64,000 nucleotides of DNA, from NCBI GenBank assembly GCA_045863235.1, contig BTUM01000022.1, positions 35,148-99,147 of the forward strand. Reading direction: 5' to 3'. Below, piece by piece: positions 58,946 through 64,000 of the stretch. The stretch is from Candidatus Xenobia bacterium. GTDB taxonomy: Bacteria; Vulcanimicrobiota; Xenobia; Xenobiales; QWHO01. A model generated the notes under the pieces. It had not been told where the DNA came from. It worked only from the letters and a program-made list of their open reading frames with translations, and made no database searches. Position numbers and translations under genes: made by a program. The first letter of the stretch is position 1. Every line of letters begins with the position of its first letter.

Positions 58946-59081
58946 CCCCACCGAGCCCCCTGCCCTGAGGCACCGGAATCGCGCCTCATGAGGCGCACCT
59001 GTTCTGCCTCACCGAGCCCTCCCACCCGCCTCAAGCATGTCCTTCAGCCCTCTTTCAGGGCCCTCGCCTATGCTCAGGACG

Positions 59082-62000
59082 ATGCAGATCGACTTCTCCT
59101 ACCGAAGGCGGTTCCGCTGGCCGTGGCAAGATGCCCAGAAAAGCATCGACCAGAGCCAGGCCGAGCGCCATCTCGACAAAGGCCGGGGGGACCGGCTCAG
59201 CGTGCGCCTGGCCGAGAACGGCCCCCTCGTACCCCTGCCCACCAGAGCCGACCTGCAAGAGTTGCAGGCTTTCCAGGAAGGCCGTCCCCCGGACGGCAAG
59301 CCCGAGCTGGGGCAGGCTCTGCTCGACCTGGCCAGGGGTGGCTGGAGCTTCCATGGCGCGGCCGGCCAGATCGGCCTCTACGGAGCCTACAACGCCCTCA
59401 CCGACCCGGCCTTTGCCGAGCTGGGCTCGGCTGTGGCCCGCAAGGACCGCTCCGAGGTGCCGCTCGACCCCGAGCGCACCGTGCGCATGGCCAATTTCTA
59501 CAATGGCAACAGCCTGAACGCCCGCCTGGAGTCGGAGGGCTACCAGTTCTTCAGCCAGGGCGAGCAGGTGGCCGGCTTCGTGGCCGGTCCCCAGGTCTCG
59601 CTGGGCAAGAACGGTCAGCTCTGGTTGGAGGGACCCCTGCCCCCCGAGCCGCAGCTGCGCGACAAGCTGCAGCTCTTCCAGCAGCTGGTCAGCGAGGCCG
59701 GGGCGGTGAGCGAGGCCAGGGATGCTCTGGCGGTGGTCGAGAGCCAGGCCTCCCCCGAGCAGAAGGCGCGAGAGATGATGCAGCTACAGAGCCCCGGGCT
59801 GAATGAGCGAGCCCTGGGCTACCTGGCCGAGTCGCATCCGCTGGCGGCCGAGGTTACCCGCGTCGCCATGCAGGCGGCCGGTGACGGCTTCGAGTTGCTC
59901 GAGCAGGCCTGCCAGGATCCCAACTCGGTCGGCCTGGGCCAGAAGCTGGCCCGCCATGCGGAGGACCCGGAGGTGGCCCGGGCCCTGCTCGAGGCCCAGA
60001 AACAGAAAGCTCCCGAGCTGGTCAAGCTGGGGGGCAAGCTGCTCGAGCAAGAGAACACCGAGCCCGTGGCCACGGCCGTGGCCCTGCTCGACGAACTCGA
60101 GCGGGGCAAGTCCAGCACGCGCGTCGAACTGGCCCGCAAGCAGCTGGCGGCCGGCGCCGATCCGCAGGTGGTGATGAGCACCCAGCGCAAGACGCCCGGC
60201 TGGGAGGCCCCGCTGACCTTCTACGAGCGAGCCCACGACAAGCTTTCTTACACCGAGAGCGCCAGCGCCCTGGCGGCCGCCCTGGTCAGCGGTCCGGCGC
60301 CCGACAAGACCACCATGCTGCAGCGCGTGCAGACCAGCCTGGCCAGCATGGACGACCAGGACCGCGAGACCCTGGTGGAGACCGCCCTGCGCCACCTCGA
60401 CCCCGAGTCCAAGCCGGCCGTCAAGCTGGCCCGCGATCTGGAGCAGCCCGAGCTGGCCCTGACCACCTCCTGTCTCAAGACCGGCCAGGACGTGCTGGCC
60501 ATGGGCCGCCAGGCGCTGCAAGACCAGGAGACCCTGAGCGAGGAGGCGGGAGCCGCCCTGCTGCAGGCCCTCGAGCAGTACAGGGACACCCGCGAGCTGG
60601 GCAAGCAAGCCAGCGCGCTGACCGCCGAGCTGAGCCTGGAGGCCACCCACTACGTGCTCGACCAGCTCCTCAATCAGCCCGGCGACCTGTTGACCCGGGG
60701 CAGCGCCATCCTCAACGAGCTGCGCACCGACGAGTCCCCCGGCAACTGGGATGACCCGGGAGCCTTCGCCCATGCGCTGCTGGGCCAGCTTGCTCGCAAC
60801 CCGGCTCACAAAGCCCTGGCCGAGCGCGCTTCCAAGCTGTCCAAAGCCCAGGACTCGGAGGACTTCGAGATTGCCTACGAGGGCCTGGCTGCCCTGACGG
60901 AGAGTCGCAGCCTGGAATCGTTCCTGGCCGCCTGCGTGGGCCGCGGGGTGGATGAGACCCTCGAGCGCACGTTGCACGGCAAGCCCGTTTTCGCACTCTA
61001 TCGCAAGCTGAGCGATGAGTGTCCCGAGCTGAAAGAGCCTTTGCTGGAGGGCGCCCTGCTGCGTCCCGAGGCCGACTCCAAGGAGCTGGTGGGGCTGGCC
61101 CTGAAGGCGGTGCCCCACTTCGAGGCCAGCGATGAGCAGGCCCGCCAGGCCGACCTGGAGCGCCTGGCCGAGCAAGCCCTGGACATGCTCAAGGGACCCG
61201 AGCGCAAGTTGGCCCAGCAGCTGACCGAAGGGGTGGAGCCGGGCCAGCACTGGGCCGCTCTCCAGCCGCTGTTGCTCGGCCCTGCTCCCACCAACCTGGA
61301 TGAGCTGGCCCGCCTGGGCGGCGAGGTCACCTCGCTGAGCAAGGATCCCGAGCTGGCCGCCAACCTGCTGCTGGCCCTCTCGAGCTACCCCGAGTCCGCC
61401 AGCGGGCGACAGCTCGTTGCTGAGCTGTGCGACGCCACCGAAGGGGATGTGCGCTCGGAGCTGACCCGGGCGCTGTGCGCCAATCCTCGTGCCTCCAGCC
61501 CGCACGAGCTGGCCCGGATAGGTGCGCAGGCACTGGAGCACTTGAGCGAGTTTCCCGACGAGGCCGGCCAGCTGGCCGAGTCCCTCTTGCAGCACTTCGA
61601 GACCGAGCCGACCCTGGCCGTGGGGCTGGCCCGCGAGCTGACCGACCTTGACCCGGCCCAGGTGGCTGGCGTGGTGCTCAGCCATCCCCTGTCTGACTCG
61701 AGCGGCCTGGCTCTGGGGCGAGTGGCCCTGGAGCTGTCGCGGCGCACCGAAAGCCTGGAGCCCGTGGGGGCCGCCCTGGTCCGCATGGCCGAGCAGGAGG
61801 ACACCCGTCTGGCCGCCCCCACTGCCCTGCAGGCCTTCGAGGGCATGAGCGAGGAGTCGGCTAAACTGCTGGCCGATTCCCTGCTGGGCCTGGCTCACGA
61901 CCCGGGAGCACTGGCGGTAACCCTGCGAGCCGCCGCCGACCGGGGCGAGACGGCCGGGGATGAGGAGCCCGAGCAGGCCTATGCTTACGATACGGACGTG

Positions 62001-62123
62001 CTGCGCGAGAGCGCCACCCGGCTCGAGGCCATTGCCCTGACGAGCCAGACCAGCTCCACGCAGATCGAGCAGAGGGGAGCCCAGGTCGTGGTGGGTGGAG
62101 TACCCGTGGCGGTGCGGCGATGA
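59082..62123 (+). CDS. large hypothetical helical protein with C-terminal VVVGGVPVAVRR motif
   Basis: About 1000-aa ORF; likely start MQIDF 7 nt after TATGCT; no recognised catalytic motif. Confidence 0.78.
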   Translation: MQIDFSYRRRFRWPWQDAQKSIDQSQAERHLDKGRGDRLSVRLAENGPLVPLPTRADLQELQAFQEGRPPDGKPELGQALLDLARGGWSFHGAAGQIGLYGAYNALTDPAFAELGSAVARKDRSEVPLDPERTVRMANFYNGNSLNARLESEGYQFFSQGEQVAGFVAGPQVSLGKNGQLWLEGPLPPEPQLRDKLQLFQQLVSEAGAVSEARDALAVVESQASPEQKAREMMQLQSPGLNERALGYLAESHPLAAEVTRVAMQAAGDGFELLEQACQDPNSVGLGQKLARHAEDPEVARALLEAQKQKAPELVKLGGKLLEQENTEPVATAVALLDELERGKSSTRVELARKQLAAGADPQVVMSTQRKTPGWEAPLTFYERAHDKLSYTESASALAAALVSGPAPDKTTMLQRVQTSLASMDDQDRETLVETALRHLDPESKPAVKLARDLEQPELALTTSCLKTGQDVLAMGRQALQDQETLSEEAGAALLQALEQYRDTRELGKQASALTAELSLEATHYVLDQLLNQPGDLLTRGSAILNELRTDESPGNWDDPGAFAHALLGQLARNPAHKALAERASKLSKAQDSEDFEIAYEGLAALTESRSLESFLAACVGRGVDETLERTLHGKPVFALYRKLSDECPELKEPLLEGALLRPEADSKELVGLALKAVPHFEASDEQARQADLERLAEQALDMLKGPERKLAQQLTEGVEPGQHWAALQPLLLGPAPTNLDELARLGGEVTSLSKDPELAANLLLALSSYPESASGRQLVAELCDATEGDVRSELTRALCANPRASSPHELARIGAQALEHLSEFPDEAGQLAESLLQHFETEPTLAVGLARELTDLDPAQVAGVVLSHPLSDSSGLALGRVALELSRRTESLEPVGAALVRMAEQEDTRLAAPTALQAFEGMSEESAKLLADSLLGLAHDPGALAVTLRAAADRGETAGDEEPEQAYAYDTDVLRESATRLEAIALTSQTSSTQIEQRGAQVVVGGVPVAVRR

Positions 62124-62677
62124 TCCGCCTGCTGCTGCTCTTGTTGCTGGCCATGCCGGCGCTGGGCGAGCAAGAGATCCTGATCTTCGAGGTGGGCACG
62201 AAGCCCCCGGCCGGCCTGGTCGAGCGTCTCAAGGCCTATGCCGTGGCCGCCGGACGCACTGCCCGGGTGGGCCTGCCGGCCAAAGTGGGCTTCGAGGGCC
62301 GCAACGGCAAGAGCGGCCCCGACGGCTGCCTGATCGACACCCGCGTCATGCCTTTGCTGGAGAAGCAGGCCCGCGAGGCGGGAGCCTTCAAGATCGCGGT
62401 CACGGACATGCCGCTCTACAACGCCGAGGACCTGAAGAAGACCTTCGGACAAAGCGACCCCCCACCCGACGTGGAGCCTCGGCGCATCGCCTTCTGGGGC
62501 CAGAACTCCGCCCTGTTGAGCACCTACGCCATGCCCACCGAGGAGCTCTTCTTCATGCTGTTCGACCACACCCTGGCCCGGGCCGGCTCGGAGCCGCGCA
62601 ACTGGGGCTGGTTCTTTACCAACCCGCGCAAGCTGGTCGTGCCCGTGCCCGAGCTTTCCGCCCCCCCCACCCGCTGA
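62120..62677 (+). CDS. secreted hypothetical protein
   Basis: Signal peptide; ATGA overlap with the upstream gene; paralogous to the next gene. Confidence 0.75.
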   Translation: MIRLLLLLLLAMPALGEQEILIFEVGTKPPAGLVERLKAYAVAAGRTARVGLPAKVGFEGRNGKSGPDGCLIDTRVMPLLEKQAREAGAFKIAVTDMPLYNAEDLKKTFGQSDPPPDVEPRRIAFWGQNSALLSTYAMPTEELFFMLFDHTLARAGSEPRNWGWFFTNPRKLVVPVPELSAPPTR

Positions 62678-62714
62678 GCAGGCAGGCCTGGAGGTCAGGC
62701 CGAATTCTCCATGC

Positions 62715-63296
62715 ATGGGACGCCGATTTCGCCTCGATCTCCTGGTGCTTCTCTGTCTGGTGGCCGTGCTGGCCTACTTCCTGCGCCCCGAGGCGCCCTC
62801 GCCTCACGAGCCCGCCGCCGACCCCGACTGCGACCTGATGCTGATGGCCGTGGGCGAGCTGCCCGATGGCCTGCTACAGCGACTCAAGCAGCACGTCAAG
62901 CTGCGCCACAAGCTGCGGGTGCGGGTAGGCCTGCCCTACATGACCGGGCTCGAGCATCATCTCGGCGAGCAGCTCGGCAGCCTGACCGACATGCAGATCA
63001 TGCCCGCCCTGGCGGTGCAGGCGCGCAACTTCGGGGCTCCCAAGATCGCCATCACCACCCTCGAGCTCAACGACTGGGATGCCCTGCGCAACAGCCTCTA
63101 CAACTGGGATTCAAGGGCGGAGACCCCGAATTACGATCGCATCGCCTTCTGGCGTGGTGACGCGGCCCTGCTTTCCACCCACGAAATGCCCTCCGAGGAG
63201 GTCTTTCTCAAGCTCCTCGACGACTCGGTCGTGCGCCTCTGCTCCGACAACCCGCCGGCCCACCCCGGGCCCGAAGCCTGGAGCCAGGTCCGCTAA
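62715..63296 (+). CDS. membrane-anchored hypothetical protein (paralog of 62120..62677)
   Basis: N-terminal TM; shares RVGLP, KIA[VI]T, RIAFW and ALLST..MP.EE motifs. Confidence 0.72.
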   Translation: MGRRFRLDLLVLLCLVAVLAYFLRPEAPSPHEPAADPDCDLMLMAVGELPDGLLQRLKQHVKLRHKLRVRVGLPYMTGLEHHLGEQLGSLTDMQIMPALAVQARNFGAPKIAITTLELNDWDALRNSLYNWDSRAETPNYDRIAFWRGDAALLSTHEMPSEEVFLKLLDDSVVRLCSDNPPAHPGPEAWSQVR

Positions 63297-63344
63297 ACCT
63301 GCCGGTCCCGTGCCGCCTCATGAGGCGCGATCCAGGTGGCGACG

Positions 63345-63635
63345 CTACTCTTCGAGCTGGGGATAGGCCGCGATCAGGCGCTTGAGTTCGTCATGCAGGT
63401 CGAGCAGGGGCGTGTTCAGCCCGTCCAGCAACAAGTGCAACCGCACCAGGATGGGCACCACGCTGGTTGCGTCGTTCACGTCCGCCGAGGCGAGAGCCGC
63501 CAGCTCCAGTTGCACTTTTGCCTGCGTCAGCCAGGCGTCCCGCAGCCCCTCCACCACGTCGTTCAACAGCTCCTGATCGGGCTCGTGGGGGAGCTTCTGG
63601 AGCGATTGGGCCAGTTGGCACAGCTGGTCGAGCAT
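63345..63635 (-). CDS. small helical protein, candidate immunity protein
   Basis: 96 aa, starts 13 nt after the toxin-like ORF stop, same strand. Confidence 0.55.
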   Translation of the reverse strand: MLDQLCQLAQSLQKLPHEPDQELLNDVVEGLRDAWLTQAKVQLELAALASADVNDATSVVPILVRLHLLLDGLNTPLLDLHDELKRLIAAYPQLEE

Positions 63636-63648
63636 CGCCCAGCCTTCC

Positions 63649-64000
63649 CTAATCGAGCGTGCGTCCCTCTTTCAAGCCGGCCTGGGTCTTGGCCACGTTC
63701 ACCGAGCCGTCCAGGTTGATGGCCTGGGTGAAGTTGTTGCGCTTGTTGTAGACCTCGAGGTGGTCGCGGTGCAGGGTGTCGAGGTGATACTGGTCGCCCT
63801 TCTTGAGCTGGGCCCCGCCGGGGAGCTCGAGCTTGTCTCGTACCTCATAGACCTGGGCTCCGCCGTTCTGCTTCTTGGTGCGGGTGGAGCCAGCCTCGAG
63901 CGCCTGGCCGACCGGATCGTTCTTGAGGAAGGGCTTGAGATCGTTGGAAGGCAGGGCTTTAGCGGCCTTTTTGGCGCCCGCTTCGCTGGCTGCCTCCACC
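63649..64000 (-). CDS. C-terminus of a putative polymorphic toxin (colicin E3/Ntox21/MafB-like RNase tip), truncated by the window edge
   Basis: LKKGDQYHLDTLHRDHLEVYNKRNNFTQAINLDGS...GR pattern. Confidence 0.65.
   Translation of the reverse strand, partial: VEAASEAGAKKAAKALPSNDLKPFLKNDPVGQALEAGSTRTKKQNGGAQVYEVRDKLELPGGAQLKKGDQYHLDTLHRDHLEVYNKRNNFTQAINLDGSVNVAKTQAGLKEGRTLD

Noticed and set aside
1..64000. tRNA or rRNA genes
   Set aside because: No cloverleaf with T-loop consensus or rRNA signature was seen by eye; a tRNAscan/barrnap run would be needed to be sure.

Overview
This is a high-GC bacterial chromosomal window with about 55 mostly intact genes. I found no rRNA, tRNA, CRISPR array, integrase or complete transposase. 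Gene style suggests Candidatus Eremiobacterota/Vulcanimicrobiota (inference only). Ordinary genes include add, kptA, fumC, a CobB-type sirtuin, tsaA/trmO, GH31, PfkB, an Hsp70-like protein, NRDE and MOSC. The main modules are: (1) an approximately 12.4 kb cell-surface modification locus (26135-38551) with four glycosyltransferases and an Asn-rich Ig-domain lipoprotein carrying 12 N-x-S/T sequons, divergent from an archaeal AglB-type oligosaccharyltransferase with a variant PWDRG motif, a vitamin-K-carboxylase-like HTTM protein, an MBOAT and a putative partner; this is the best candidate for an undescribed system; (2) two large orphan proteins 41 kb apart sharing internal motifs and a C-terminal V-x-V-G-G-V-x-[LV]-x-x-R tail, a possible export signal; (3) a putative wax-ester operon; (4) SulP plus beta-carbonic anhydrase, each preceded by 11-bp-phased OmpR-type boxes, next to a two-component system; (5) a TA islet with a frameshifted toxin and a 35-36 bp direct repeat; (6) a polymorphic-toxin C-terminus with a candidate immunity gene at the right edge; (7) a candidate structured ncRNA at 41.45-41.62 kb, several tandem or palindromic repeats, and many apparently leaderless genes. 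All family calls come from motif recognition by eye, not database searches.
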